Shown here piece by piece: positions 1-9,675 of a stretch of DNA of 64,000 nt. The position numbers and the translations under genes are program-made. The stretch is from the IMG/VR virus record IMGVR_UViG_3300032320_000838, positions 13,760 through 77,759 of that record. One strand, 5' to 3'. The notes below the pieces were generated by a model, which ran no database searches, had not been told where the DNA came from, and saw nothing but the letters and a program-made list of their open reading frames with translations. Each line of letters opens with the position of its first letter. Within the stretch, counting starts at the first letter, position 1. The DNA is from a virus. Lineage: Duplodnaviria > Caudoviricetes.

Positions 1-232
1 ACGATTGATTGTATAGCGTTTGATCAAGACCCACACGAAGACGAAAATCGTCCGATGCTTCTAGCGGAATCACGGTGCGTGTTCCAAGAACATCGCCAGG
101 ATCTGCCTCTGTTGAGAGTTGCACGAAACCCGCATTGATTTCTGTCTGTGGAGTCACTACTTGTAACTCGTATGTTGCACTGACATTCGCAAGACCCGCC
201 GAATTGTTTCCACCTTTAATTTGAACGCCCAT
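1..232 (-). CDS. Hypothetical, probably virion-associated protein; 5' part only, runs off the window start; not in the ORF track
   Basis: ATG at 232, with GGAG (241-244) directly after the stop of the 833-aa gene. Open for 77 codons to the window edge: MGVQIKGGNNSAGLANVSATYELQVVTPQTEINAGFVQLSTEADPGDVLGTRTVIPLEASDDFRLRVGLDQTLYNQS. Confidence 0.75.
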   Translation of the reverse strand, partial: MGVQIKGGNNSAGLANVSATYELQVVTPQTEINAGFVQLSTEADPGDVLGTRTVIPLEASDDFRLRVGLDQTLYNQS

Positions 233-244
233 TATCAATTCTCC

Positions 245-2746
245 TTATTGTGCAAAGCACTTTACTGTATATTTTCCGTATGTTCCGTTTGGTGCGTAAC
301 CTATTATATCGAATCCTGTACCAACTACAAGATTATTTATCTCGAATTTGACTTCTTCTAATACTGCATCCTCTACATCGTGATCAGTTGATGTTCCGCC
401 AAGAAGTCTACATGATATGCAAGAATCAGATGCAACCCAAGACTGTCCTGTTACTGTTTTAACAACATAAGTTTCTGGTTTATGATATAAATTAATATTT
501 GTTATTGAAGTCCAATATTCTAAAGGAACAGTTGGAGTTTGAATATAAACAGCATTTATAGTTTCAGCAATAACACCTTCCGCAGTTGTGCTTGTACCAC
601 CAACAAATGGTGGTTTTATTACTAATCTTGCTGACCACCCATTTGTATCATCATAAAATGATTCGATACTTTCTAACTCACATGAGATGTAGGATGCTGT
701 TCCCGTATCTATTGTTACTGGGGTATTTTCAATACCATATTTTTCTATATTTTGCAAAGAGGTATTAAAATCTACACCTAAACCATATATTGTTAATTGT
801 ATTTGATTAATGTTTACTGAAAAATCAACGGTTTGTGTCGTGGAAGTAGATACCACGGTCTGTGCAGTTAATCTTCCACCGACAGTAAGCGAATCTGTTG
901 TTTTATTATAAGTAAGACCAGAATCACCACCAAGAGAGGTTCCACCATCATTAAACTGAACCTGAGTATTAGATCCTGCTGCTCCAGCGGACGCGCTGGC
1001 CCAAGAAAGCGTACCCGAACCATTTGTGGTCAATACCTGTCCATTACTTCCATTAGTGGTTGGGAAGGTATATAAACCAGTTCCCGTATCAAATGTAATT
1101 GTTCCTGCACTATCATTAACTGTCAATATAGTGCTGTTGCCCACACCATCAACATCACCTATTTGAATAGGACTACCTGATGTATTACACTTGATATTCA
1201 TTCCGTTAGCAGAACCATCTGTAAGATTGGAATAGAATAACATTCCAGAACCAGTTCTTGAGAATGATATGTTTCCGTTACAGAGATTTATTACAGCACC
1301 GTTGGCATTTGTTCCAAGATTTACGGTGGTTGCAGCGGCGGTTCCCACATTGATAGTGGTTGCATTATTGTTGTACAAAGATGCCGAGCCTGTGGTAGTT
1401 GTTGTAATATCTCCACCGTTTACTGCAATATCTCCAGCAAGTGTAACACTGTCGGTTGTCTTGTTGTAAGTGAAACCGGCATCACCACCAAAAGTGCTAC
1501 CATCATTAAACTGTACATAAGTATCAGAACCACCAGGCGAACCAGAACCAGATACAGTCGCCCACTGTAGGGTTGCATCATTTCCTGCAACTGAAGCAAT
1601 CTGCAATACTTGATTTGCAGATCCTACTGCGGATGGAAGCGTATAGATGTTGTTGTTAGATACTGTTGCTGGAGCCTGAAAGGCGACATAGTTGGAGGAA
1701 TCTGAATCAGCAAGACGCAAATCTCCCTGCGAACCTATCTGTAGGTTCGTACCGTCAAAAATTAGATCAGCATCACCCTTGAGGTTCTTAGTACCACTGT
1801 CATAGAACTGAATTTGCTGATTTGTAGGAGATGCCATAACACCAACAGTTCCACCAGCATCTGGTAGAGTGATCGTCCTATCAGCAGTAGGATCCTCGAC
1901 AGTTAATGTGGTTTCGTTAGTATTGTTCGTTGCTCCTTCAAATATGATGTTTACAGGAGTAAAAGTAGCATCATCTGCTGTCTTTCGAGCAAGAAAAAGA
2001 TCTCCACCAGCAATCTCGACTACACCTGTTGCTCCATCTGTATTCTCCACAGTAATAGAGGGAATGCTTCCTTGGAACAAAATACCCGTAGTGGGTGCAA
2101 GAATAACCTCACCATAAGGAGATATGGTTATATGATTGGTAGATCCGCTATTTGTAACTACACTGGATGCTGTGTTTCCTAATGTTAAAGTAGCATTTCT
2201 TATTGCAGCAGTTCCGCTCGTTGCTCCCATCGTCAGAGTGGTTGCAGCACCACCAACACTTAAATTAGTAACGGTAGTATTGAAGACCGTAGCAGTGGTG
2301 GCACTTGTGGTTATGTCACCACCGTTTACTGCTAAATCTAATGTAGTTGTGAGATTGTTCCTCACCAGTGTAGTGCCAGTGGTTGCACCAAAAGTCAGAG
2401 TGGTTGCGCTACGAAATGCTGTAGCGTTGGTTATGGACGCACCATCAAGCAAGGCAACAGTGGATGCCGTACTAGTAATATCTCCACCGTTGACGGCGAG
2501 ATCACCAGTAACAGTCAGAGTATCCGTTGTCTTGTTGTATGTAAGACCCGAATCGCCACCCATCACTCCACCATCATTAAACTGTACTTGAGTATCGGAA
2601 CCGCCAGGAGCAGAACCAATAAGATCGCCGCTACCACCAGCATTACCGATGTATATTCTTTTGTTAGTGGTGTCTACTGCCAACTCGTATTCAGTCAGTC
2701 CTGTAGATGGTGCTCCCGATCCTCGTTTTGGTTTGATAGTTGCCAT
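245..2746 (-). CDS. Tail/virion fibre-like protein, 833 aa, with Mtd-N-like head and a distinct C-terminal cap domain
   Basis: Thr/Gly/Ser-rich beta-repeat composition. N-terminus MATIKPKRGSGAPSTGLTEYELAVDTTNKRIYIG. Three QVQFNDG-x-GGD[SA]G[LF]TYNKTTD repeats and three [LI]AVNGGDIT repeats. SD GGAG upstream. Confidence 0.75.
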   Translation of the reverse strand: MATIKPKRGSGAPSTGLTEYELAVDTTNKRIYIGNAGGSGDLIGSAPGGSDTQVQFNDGGVMGGDSGLTYNKTTDTLTVTGDLAVNGGDITSTASTVALLDGASITNATAFRSATTLTFGATTGTTLVRNNLTTTLDLAVNGGDITTSATTATVFNTTVTNLSVGGAATTLTMGATSGTAAIRNATLTLGNTASSVVTNSGSTNHITISPYGEVILAPTTGILFQGSIPSITVENTDGATGVVEIAGGDLFLARKTADDATFTPVNIIFEGATNNTNETTLTVEDPTADRTITLPDAGGTVGVMASPTNQQIQFYDSGTKNLKGDADLIFDGTNLQIGSQGDLRLADSDSSNYVAFQAPATVSNNNIYTLPSAVGSANQVLQIASVAGNDATLQWATVSGSGSPGGSDTYVQFNDGSTFGGDAGFTYNKTTDSVTLAGDIAVNGGDITTTTTGSASLYNNNATTINVGTAAATTVNLGTNANGAVINLCNGNISFSRTGSGMLFYSNLTDGSANGMNIKCNTSGSPIQIGDVDGVGNSTILTVNDSAGTITFDTGTGLYTFPTTNGSNGQVLTTNGSGTLSWASASAGAAGSNTQVQFNDGGTSLGGDSGLTYNKTTDSLTVGGRLTAQTVVSTSTTQTVDFSVNINQIQLTIYGLGVDFNTSLQNIEKYGIENTPVTIDTGTASYISCELESIESFYDDTNGWSARLVIKPPFVGGTSTTAEGVIAETINAVYIQTPTVPLEYWTSITNINLYHKPETYVVKTVTGQSWVASDSCISCRLLGGTSTDHDVEDAVLEEVKFEINNLVVGTGFDIIGYAPNGTYGKYTVKCFAQ

Positions 2747-2772
2747 TATTTCTCCAGAATATAAAGATCAAA

Positions 2773-2991
2773 TCAGTATGTCTGACCGTCTAGTGATTCT
2801 TCCTTCTTCTTGGACTTCTTTTGTCCTTCTACCTTTGCTTGCAGTGCTTCAACCTTTGCCTGTAGATCTCTGTTTTTGGCCTGTTCTACAAGCAAATTTA
2901 CTTCCAAAACAAGATTGTTATTCACAAGATCTTGATATTTCTTCTGTAAGACAGGTATGACTACTGTTTCACTATAGTTCACTTCGCTCAT
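2773..2991 (-). CDS. Small coiled-coil protein, 72 aa, ending in LDGQTY
   Basis: SD AAGGAG. Heptad pattern LEVNLLVEQAKNRDLQAKVEALQAKVE. The C-terminus matches the tail motif of neighbouring fibre genes. Confidence 0.75.
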   Translation of the reverse strand: MSEVNYSETVVIPVLQKKYQDLVNNNLVLEVNLLVEQAKNRDLQAKVEALQAKVEGQKKSKKKEESLDGQTY

Positions 2992-3009
2992 TATAAATCT
3001 CCTTTACAT

Positions 3010-3016
3010 TATGTAT
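3010..3016 (-). promoter_or_regulatory. Putative late promoter variant (ATACATA)
   Basis: One mismatch from ATAAATA, intergenic, just upstream of the SD of the 72-aa gene. The same variant occurs upstream of gp18. Confidence 0.45.
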
Positions 3017-4392
3017 CAGAAGGTTCCACCATCCACGATGGCTTCTACTTTATAGGCAGTCAAAACACCAGTGGAAGGAACATAAGAAAGAACAGAAAGA
3101 CCTGCTTGAGCAGTGGCATCAATCTTAAGAGCACCAGAAGCACCAGAAGCAGCAAATGTCAGATAAAGAGCAGTGTTGTCGGAAGAAGTTGCTTCAGTCA
3201 GTCCGACATTAGTTGCTGTTGTTGCAGTGGTCGCTGTTGTAGCAGAACCTACCGAAAGAGAGGACTGAGAGGTCCAAGTCGGAGCAGCGGCTCCAGCAGA
3301 TGTGAGAACTTGTCCAGATGTGCCAGCGGCAGATATTGCCATTGCAGATGCGGTAGAATAAACCACACCACCGTTTACTGCTGTGAGAGATGCATTCGTA
3401 CCACCGTGAGAAAGTCCAACATCAGTTGCTTCCCAAGTACCAGTACCGATTGTACCAACAGATGTTAGAGAAGATGCAGTCACACCAGAACCAAGTGTAT
3501 TCGAGGAAAGAACACTTGTTCCGTTGATGTAATACGCCTTACCAGAAGCAAGATTGAGATGCTCGGAAGAAGTCCAAGCATCAGTGGCATCTACCCAGTT
3601 AAATGTCTTATCGGTTGCACCCTTAAGAGTAATACCACCACCATCAGCAGTAAGATCAGAAGGTGTGGCCACATCTCCGATTATAACATTCTTGTCTTCC
3701 ACGACCAGATTGGTTGTGTTAATATTTGTTGTCGTACCATTTACAGTCAAATCACCGCTAAGGGTGAGTCCTACTGCTGTGATTACACCAGTGCTTGGGT
3801 TATAAGAAAGTGGTGTGGTGGTGTCATCGACATACAGAGTAGAACCAGATCCAGCAGTGGTAGACATCACCAAATATCTGGTGGTGTTGGTGTTGTCTGA
3901 AGTTGTGGTTACGGTTGTAGCAGAAGAAGCATCCGCCCAAGACAATTGAGATATATTAGAAGAAGGAACAGCAGCGGAAAGAACTTGTCCTGCTGTTGGA
4001 TCTGTGGTTGGCATCAAATATGTGATGTTTGTTGTTCTAGCAGAACCACGGAAAGCAGAGTAGTTAGAACCATCATCTGTATCTTCCAACAGACGGATTT
4101 CACCTGGCGCAGTTGCACCTTGTCCAAAGTTAACGACACCAGTGAAAGTTCCACCTGCCTTGGGCATAAAGGTGGTGTTGATGGCAGATTGTGTTGCTAG
4201 TTTTACTGCACTTGTCCAATCGCCAGGAGAGGTCTCGATTTGAGCACCAACCCAGATCGGAGTCGTTGTACCATCATCTGCGGTTTTCAGCCAGATCTTG
4301 GGTGTACTGGTATTCGCTGCCAACTCACCAGAGTTGGTTACATTTGCTGCTGTAGGATCGGTTGTACCTCTTTTGATTCTAATTGTAGCCAT
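3016..4392 (-). CDS. Fibre-like protein, 458 aa
   Basis: MATIRIKRGTTDP...GELA head (Mtd-N-like). VEDKNVIIG...TADGGGITLKGATDKT module. Ends IVDGGTF. Confidence 0.75.
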   Translation of the reverse strand: MATIRIKRGTTDPTAANVTNSGELAANTSTPKIWLKTADDGTTTPIWVGAQIETSPGDWTSAVKLATQSAINTTFMPKAGGTFTGVVNFGQGATAPGEIRLLEDTDDGSNYSAFRGSARTTNITYLMPTTDPTAGQVLSAAVPSSNISQLSWADASSATTVTTTSDNTNTTRYLVMSTTAGSGSTLYVDDTTTPLSYNPSTGVITAVGLTLSGDLTVNGTTTNINTTNLVVEDKNVIIGDVATPSDLTADGGGITLKGATDKTFNWVDATDAWTSSEHLNLASGKAYYINGTSVLSSNTLGSGVTASSLTSVGTIGTGTWEATDVGLSHGGTNASLTAVNGGVVYSTASAMAISAAGTSGQVLTSAGAAAPTWTSQSSLSVGSATTATTATTATNVGLTEATSSDNTALYLTFAASGASGALKIDATAQAGLSVLSYVPSTGVLTAYKVEAIVDGGTF

Positions 4393-4407
4393 TTTCCACT
4401 CCTAATT

Positions 4408-5223
4408 TTAGAAAGTCCCACCATCCATAACCATATTTTCACCCAGATATTCCAATTCAGCGTCTGTTCCGCCCCGAACCCCGACATCAGTTTCCAAATA
4501 TCCAGAAACTATGAGGTTCCCTGTTATGTATATGTTTCCGTCACCCCCTGCAACCAAGTTAGTAACTCCGCCAATACTACCATTACCAACACTAAAATTC
4601 ATTTCTAATGTATTTGATAGATTGATTTGTTGAGATTGAATGTTTAAAGGACAGGTTATTGTACCTATTACCAATTCTTCTGTCGGTGCAATTATTACAT
4701 TTGAACCATTTATATAAACCTTGGAATTTAAACCTTCCGTGTCTATTTTTAAAATATCTATTTTAACACCCGATGCATTCTGTAAAGTACTCATTCTAAA
4801 TGCATTTGGATTATTGTCTTGTAGAGATATTCCAAAAAACTCGTCATTTGAACCATCATATAACGAGGTAGACAAACCAAGATACATACCACTTCTTAGT
4901 AAATTCTGTAATGTGATCAAATCTGTAGTACCAGTGGAAACATCTAGAAAAGGCAACTTGTCTGCTTTATTGATACTCGTGTCTGTTCTCGTTATTGTAA
5001 ACAAATCTAAGTTGAGATTGTTGTTGGTGTTTATATTAACACCCTCACCGCTACTGTAAACATCCGCAGTGAAATTGTAATCCGAAATCAAAGCAGGGGA
5101 TGCAGTACCATCACCGATCCAGATCTTCTTGTCTGGAATGTTTACTGCCATTTCACCCATTTCTAGATCAGTAGGTATTACTCCAGAGGTAGTGGAACGC
5201 TTGGTTCTTAATACTACGGACAT
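4408..5223 (-). CDS. Fibre-associated protein, 271 aa
   Basis: LRTKRSTTSGVIPTDLEMGEMAVNIPDKKIWIGDG head (Mtd-N/hyaluronidase-N-like). Ends MVMDGGTF. Confidence 0.7.
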   Translation of the reverse strand: MSVVLRTKRSTTSGVIPTDLEMGEMAVNIPDKKIWIGDGTASPALISDYNFTADVYSSGEGVNINTNNNLNLDLFTITRTDTSINKADKLPFLDVSTGTTDLITLQNLLRSGMYLGLSTSLYDGSNDEFFGISLQDNNPNAFRMSTLQNASGVKIDILKIDTEGLNSKVYINGSNVIIAPTEELVIGTITCPLNIQSQQINLSNTLEMNFSVGNGSIGGVTNLVAGGDGNIYITGNLIVSGYLETDVGVRGGTDAELEYLGENMVMDGGTF

Positions 5224-6398
5224 CAGTAGAACCCTCCATCTATGTCTATATCACCCACAGTAGCGGTTCCTGTGACTGTCAGATCTCCGTATATGGTAGT
5301 TGCAGTTATTCCATCAGTGGAACCATCACCAATCTCTATGAGTTCTGCTGCACCACCGATACTCAGATCTGTTATGTTTGTGTCGAAGATAGAGGCGGCA
5401 CCCGTCAAACTGCTTTTAATAGTCGCAGGATACGATACGCTTGCTTCTGTATATGGGGTTATATCAATATAACTTTCTATACCTATTGGAGAAAGAAATG
5501 TCTGCTTTCCTTTTGTTGCACCATCAGATCCGAGTAGAGCGACTTTTGCTCCCGCTGTGTCCGCAAGATAGGCATTAAACGCAGCAAATGATTGTACAAA
5601 TCCCAACTGTACGGTTGCTGGCTCTGCGCCGTTTGCAGCATATACTGTCTTAGAACACAAGAAATAGTAAACACCACCACCAGAATTGCCTGGAACCCAT
5701 ATGTCGCCATCATTTCCAGTTTGGTCGGGAAAACAATACTTTAAAGAAGCAGTAACTCTGTTTGCAAAATTGCTGTTAAAAGTAGTAACACTGTCACCAG
5801 ATGAAACACCACCATTCGCATTAGTCCATGCACCAAATTCTATAAATTCTCTATTGGTGCCGGTAGTATCGGGTTGGGCCGTATCCGTAAGATCGAGTTT
5901 TCTTTCATATACACGCAAAGGCATCGCTGAAATTGCCTTCTGTGTGACCAAGACATAATCAGAAGGTCTATTCCAATCTGCCTTTAGAACAACAAAATTT
6001 CCATTAGATCCACCATCCTCTTTTTGAGGATAATACGCTCGTATCTCTGCACCGACCCAGAGAGGTCTTGTCTGATCAACATTTGTCGCTGGACTACCAG
6101 TGTAAGGATAGGCATTAGTATACTGAGAATTATCGAATGTAGTATCGCTTTCAGCGGTTCCTCCATTAGTCGAACCAAAACTGTCCATACCCAACCACAA
6201 ACGATTAGGATAGTTGTTTTTTGCGAAACCAGTAAGACCGGTAGTTGATCTATAAAACTCAGACAACCCCACTATCTGAGCGGCAGGCATACCCTTAAGC
6301 AATACCTTTGCGTCAGTATCAGGATCTGTATTATCCTGTGTGTAATCGTACGGCATCACAGAGCCGCGCTTGAGTAGTAGATTACCAGTTCCTGCCAT
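5223..6398 (-). CDS. Fibre-like protein, 391 aa, paralogue of the 1068-aa protein N-terminus
   Basis: MAGTGNLLLKRG, NYPNRLW, LWVGAEIRA and DWNRPSDYVLVTQKAI blocks are shared with the 1068-aa ORF. Ends IDIDGGFY. TGATG coupling to the next gene. Confidence 0.7.
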   Translation of the reverse strand: MAGTGNLLLKRGSVMPYDYTQDNTDPDTDAKVLLKGMPAAQIVGLSEFYRSTTGLTGFAKNNYPNRLWLGMDSFGSTNGGTAESDTTFDNSQYTNAYPYTGSPATNVDQTRPLWVGAEIRAYYPQKEDGGSNGNFVVLKADWNRPSDYVLVTQKAISAMPLRVYERKLDLTDTAQPDTTGTNREFIEFGAWTNANGGVSSGDSVTTFNSNFANRVTASLKYCFPDQTGNDGDIWVPGNSGGGVYYFLCSKTVYAANGAEPATVQLGFVQSFAAFNAYLADTAGAKVALLGSDGATKGKQTFLSPIGIESYIDITPYTEASVSYPATIKSSLTGAASIFDTNITDLSIGGAAELIEIGDGSTDGITATTIYGDLTVTGTATVGDIDIDGGFY

Positions 6399-6431
6399 TA
6401 TTCATCCTATAGAGTTCGAAGGAAACAGAAG

Positions 6432-6438
6432 TATTTAG
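6432..6438 (-). promoter_or_regulatory. Putative gp55-dependent late promoter (CTAAATA)
   Basis: Intergenic, about 35 nt upstream of the 391-aa ATG. Confidence 0.6.
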
Positions 6439-6445
6439 TTAAGTA

Positions 6446-9400
6446 TCAGGTGTATGATCCGCAATCCAAAGTTGCTCCGATGTAGTCGCAGTAGAGAGTT
6501 CCTGTCCCATTACCGACCTCATAAAACAGACCAGTGCTTGAATTTGTTGGAGCAGATGGTGTACTTTGCATAGTCGCGTTGGTCGCATCTGTAAACAGGT
6601 AAGCAGTGGCTGTATTACCATCCGCAGACAAACCACTCCAAGAAGAAGCAGGATTATTATCAGAACTGGAACCCAAGAAAGGAACAGGATACTTAGTAGT
6701 GGTAGCGTTTGATTCTGTTCTTACAGTTACTGTACTTGCAGAAGAACTACCCCAAGACAAATTACCAGAACCATCATTAGTCAGAACAGTGTTTGCACCA
6801 CCCTGTGCTGCTGGCAAAGACAAAGTATACGATGTAGTGATTGCGTTTGGATTGATTGTAATATTTCCACTTGTGCTCCCATATAACTTTAAAGTTGTTT
6901 TATTCAGAACAATATCATCCACAACAGTAAAAGATTTACCGCTTGCGATACTGAAGTGCTCAGAAGACCTCCAAACACCTGTAGTACCTGATATAGAAGT
7001 GTTGTTCCACAATAAAGTTTTATCAGTTGTACCTTTGAGAGTAATACCACCACCATCTGCTGTAGTGGCATCATTAGGAGTGGTGACAGATCCAATTTCG
7101 ATATTTTTGTCATCTACTGTTAAAGTCGTGGAATTTACTGTTGTTGTTGTTCCCTCGACAACAAGATTACCTTTAACATTTACTGTCGCGCCAGTGGATC
7201 CACCACCAAGATTAATAGTAGCAGTACTTGAACCAATATTTACTGTTGTGGCCGCGCCTCCGAGATTAAGGGTAGTGGCATTCGCGTTAAACACATTCGC
7301 TGTAGGGGCATTAGTGTTGATAGTCGCAGATCCGCTACCAGTGGCGCCTCTGATGTTAAGACTACTACTTCCACCTGTTTTTCCTATATTTACTACAGCA
7401 CTATCATCACCCAAATGAATAGTGCTTGCACCACCAGTATTTGTTGTTGCTGATGTGCTACTTGTTCCTATTCTTACTACAGTTGCTGTTGTTGCAAACA
7501 AACTCGCTTCAGAAGTCGTTGTCGTGATATCCGCGCTTGTTGCTCCGTTTACGGCAAGATCACCACCAACACTTGCACTACCAGCGATAGCAACAGTACC
7601 TGAAGCATTACCTATATTCATACCCGATGTTGCACCACCACCGATATTGACTGTAACGGCATTAGTATTAAATAGTGTTGCAGTACCAGTTGATGTAGTT
7701 GTGATGTCTCCACCATTTACGGCAAGATCACCCGTCATAGTCAATTTATCAGTAGACGGATTGTATGTGATACCATCAGAACTGTCTATAGAAAGACCAA
7801 GAGTACCGCCGGACAAAGCAAGTGGTCCTAATACCAAGTTATATTCTGCGTTATCACTTACTTCAGTTCCGCTAACAGTGGAAGCATTACCAGTAGATGC
7901 CCAAGTAAGAGCACCCGAAGTACCACTCGCAACAAGAGCATAACCGCTAGTACCAGATGGAGCATCTGGTAATGTCAGAGTGTAAGAAGAAGCAACCGAA
8001 TCTGGTGACTTTATACCAACATATTGACTTCCATTTCCAGATGCTTCGAACAGTTGGACGGTTTTTGTAGTAGCACCTCCACCAATCTTAAGATCACTGG
8101 CAACGGCAACAATACCAGAACTATTTCCAATATTAACAGCAGTAGTAGCACCACCACCAAAGTTTATTGTAGTTGCCGTACTGTTCAGAAGACTCACAGT
8201 ACTATTACTTGTTCCTAATGTGTTTCCTATATTTACGACACCATCAAGTGTGAATGTTGTTGTGGAGTCATTAAACGAGAAAGAAGAAGAACCCAAAAGA
8301 TTTCTTGTCGTTGTATCGTAATATGGTATTCTACCATCAGTCAAGGCGGTAGATGTATCAAGAACACCCACAGTACCAGAAGCATTAGGCAAAGTTATTG
8401 TTCTATCAGCAGTAGGATCCTCGACAGTCAATGTCGTTTCAGAACCATCAGCAGTTGTTCCTTCGAATATTATATTTACTGGAGTAGAGGCTCCACCATC
8501 TGTTATTATTTTATTTCCTAGATAAAGATCACCACCTTCAATATTGACAAACTGATTATTTGTTCCCGATAATTGACCAGGCATTACAGTTAAAGTTGGT
8601 CTTGTACTACCGTCAACAGTAGCCTGACTTCCTCTTATCACAGTACCATTACCACCAGAAGCATTTATTTCTAAAGTATTGTTATTTCCTATTTTTTCGG
8701 TAGTCAATCCTGATGCACCATTAAGAATCATAGCATTAGTTGTGATGGTGTTTGTGCTTGGATTGTATGTAAGATCAGTATCGGTTCTTACATTTTCATT
8801 TCCTGTAGCGGCATCAACAAATGTGATATAGTGTGTGGCGTTTGTGCTGTTTGTTGCCGTTAGTTTTATATTTGTCGCAGATACTGTAGCAGAACCTGTG
8901 GAAGTGGTTACAGAAATATCTCCACCAAGCACACCGAGAGCAGTACCTATAGTGAAATTTCTGGTAACATTCGAATTAGAGATATCAACACCAGACAAAA
9001 AATCACCAACAGCAGGTGAGGGTTCGGTAGTAAGTTCGGATAAATCCAAACTAAAAGTAACTGTGTCACCAGAAACAGCAGTATCTACACCAGTTCCGCC
9101 AGTCAGGGTTAATGTGTCACTATCGACTATGGTTGTAGTGGTAGAACCATCAGAAACAGTAAACGAAGACATAGATCCAGCACCCAAAGTAGTGGTGGCC
9201 CAAGTATGAATTGCTTTCTGTGTGACGAGAACATAATCGGAGGGATTGTCCCAATCTGCTCGCATTACTACTGGTGAATCGGGAGGTGTATTGCTATTAG
9301 AATCACCGGTCGCATATACAGCGGTATCTGCTCTGATTTCAGCACCCATCCAAAGAGAACGATTGTTTCCACCAGTCGGTAGACCGTAAGGCATACTACC

Positions 9401-9652
9401 TATCGTACCACCAGGTCCAGTACCCGCTTCCGAAGAAGTAGAACCATAACCTTCAACACCAACCCAAAGACGATTTGGATAATTATCATACGCAAATGGT
9501 CCAGAAGCACTACCAGCACTGTTAGAAGGTCTAGATAAACCCATAATTTGAACAGCAGGCATACCATTTATAAGAGAAATGGTTGCGCTATTTTGTGCGG
9601 TAAGTGGCGTTGTCGTACCGCGCTTAAGAATTAAATTACCAGTTCCAGCCAT
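6446..9652 (-). CDS. Long tail-fibre-like protein, 1068 aa
   Basis: Thr/Gly/Ser-rich, built from modules shared with the 833-, 458- and 391-aa ORFs. Starts MAGTGNLILKRG, ends TLDCGSYT. Confidence 0.8.
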   Translation of the reverse strand: MAGTGNLILKRGTTTPLTAQNSATISLINGMPAVQIMGLSRPSNSAGSASGPFAYDNYPNRLWVGVEGYGSTSSEAGTGPGGTIGSMPYGLPTGGNNRSLWMGAEIRADTAVYATGDSNSNTPPDSPVVMRADWDNPSDYVLVTQKAIHTWATTTLGAGSMSSFTVSDGSTTTTIVDSDTLTLTGGTGVDTAVSGDTVTFSLDLSELTTEPSPAVGDFLSGVDISNSNVTRNFTIGTALGVLGGDISVTTSTGSATVSATNIKLTATNSTNATHYITFVDAATGNENVRTDTDLTYNPSTNTITTNAMILNGASGLTTEKIGNNNTLEINASGGNGTVIRGSQATVDGSTRPTLTVMPGQLSGTNNQFVNIEGGDLYLGNKIITDGGASTPVNIIFEGTTADGSETTLTVEDPTADRTITLPNASGTVGVLDTSTALTDGRIPYYDTTTRNLLGSSSFSFNDSTTTFTLDGVVNIGNTLGTSNSTVSLLNSTATTINFGGGATTAVNIGNSSGIVAVASDLKIGGGATTKTVQLFEASGNGSQYVGIKSPDSVASSYTLTLPDAPSGTSGYALVASGTSGALTWASTGNASTVSGTEVSDNAEYNLVLGPLALSGGTLGLSIDSSDGITYNPSTDKLTMTGDLAVNGGDITTTSTGTATLFNTNAVTVNIGGGATSGMNIGNASGTVAIAGSASVGGDLAVNGATSADITTTTSEASLFATTATVVRIGTSSTSATTNTGGASTIHLGDDSAVVNIGKTGGSSSLNIRGATGSGSATINTNAPTANVFNANATTLNLGGAATTVNIGSSTATINLGGGSTGATVNVKGNLVVEGTTTTVNSTTLTVDDKNIEIGSVTTPNDATTADGGGITLKGTTDKTLLWNNTSISGTTGVWRSSEHFSIASGKSFTVVDDIVLNKTTLKLYGSTSGNITINPNAITTSYTLSLPAAQGGANTVLTNDGSGNLSWGSSSASTVTVRTESNATTTKYPVPFLGSSSDNNPASSWSGLSADGNTATAYLFTDATNATMQSTPSAPTNSSTGLFYEVGNGTGTLYCDYIGATLDCGSYT

Positions 9653-9675
9653 ATTCTAACCCCTTTGCGAAAAAG

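Noticed and set aside
6439-7113. Same-strand alternate-frame ORFs inside the 1068-aa gene (6439-6636, 6904-7113) and similar short nested ORFs elsewhere
   Set aside because: No SD and no recognisable content; expected by chance in long biased genes.
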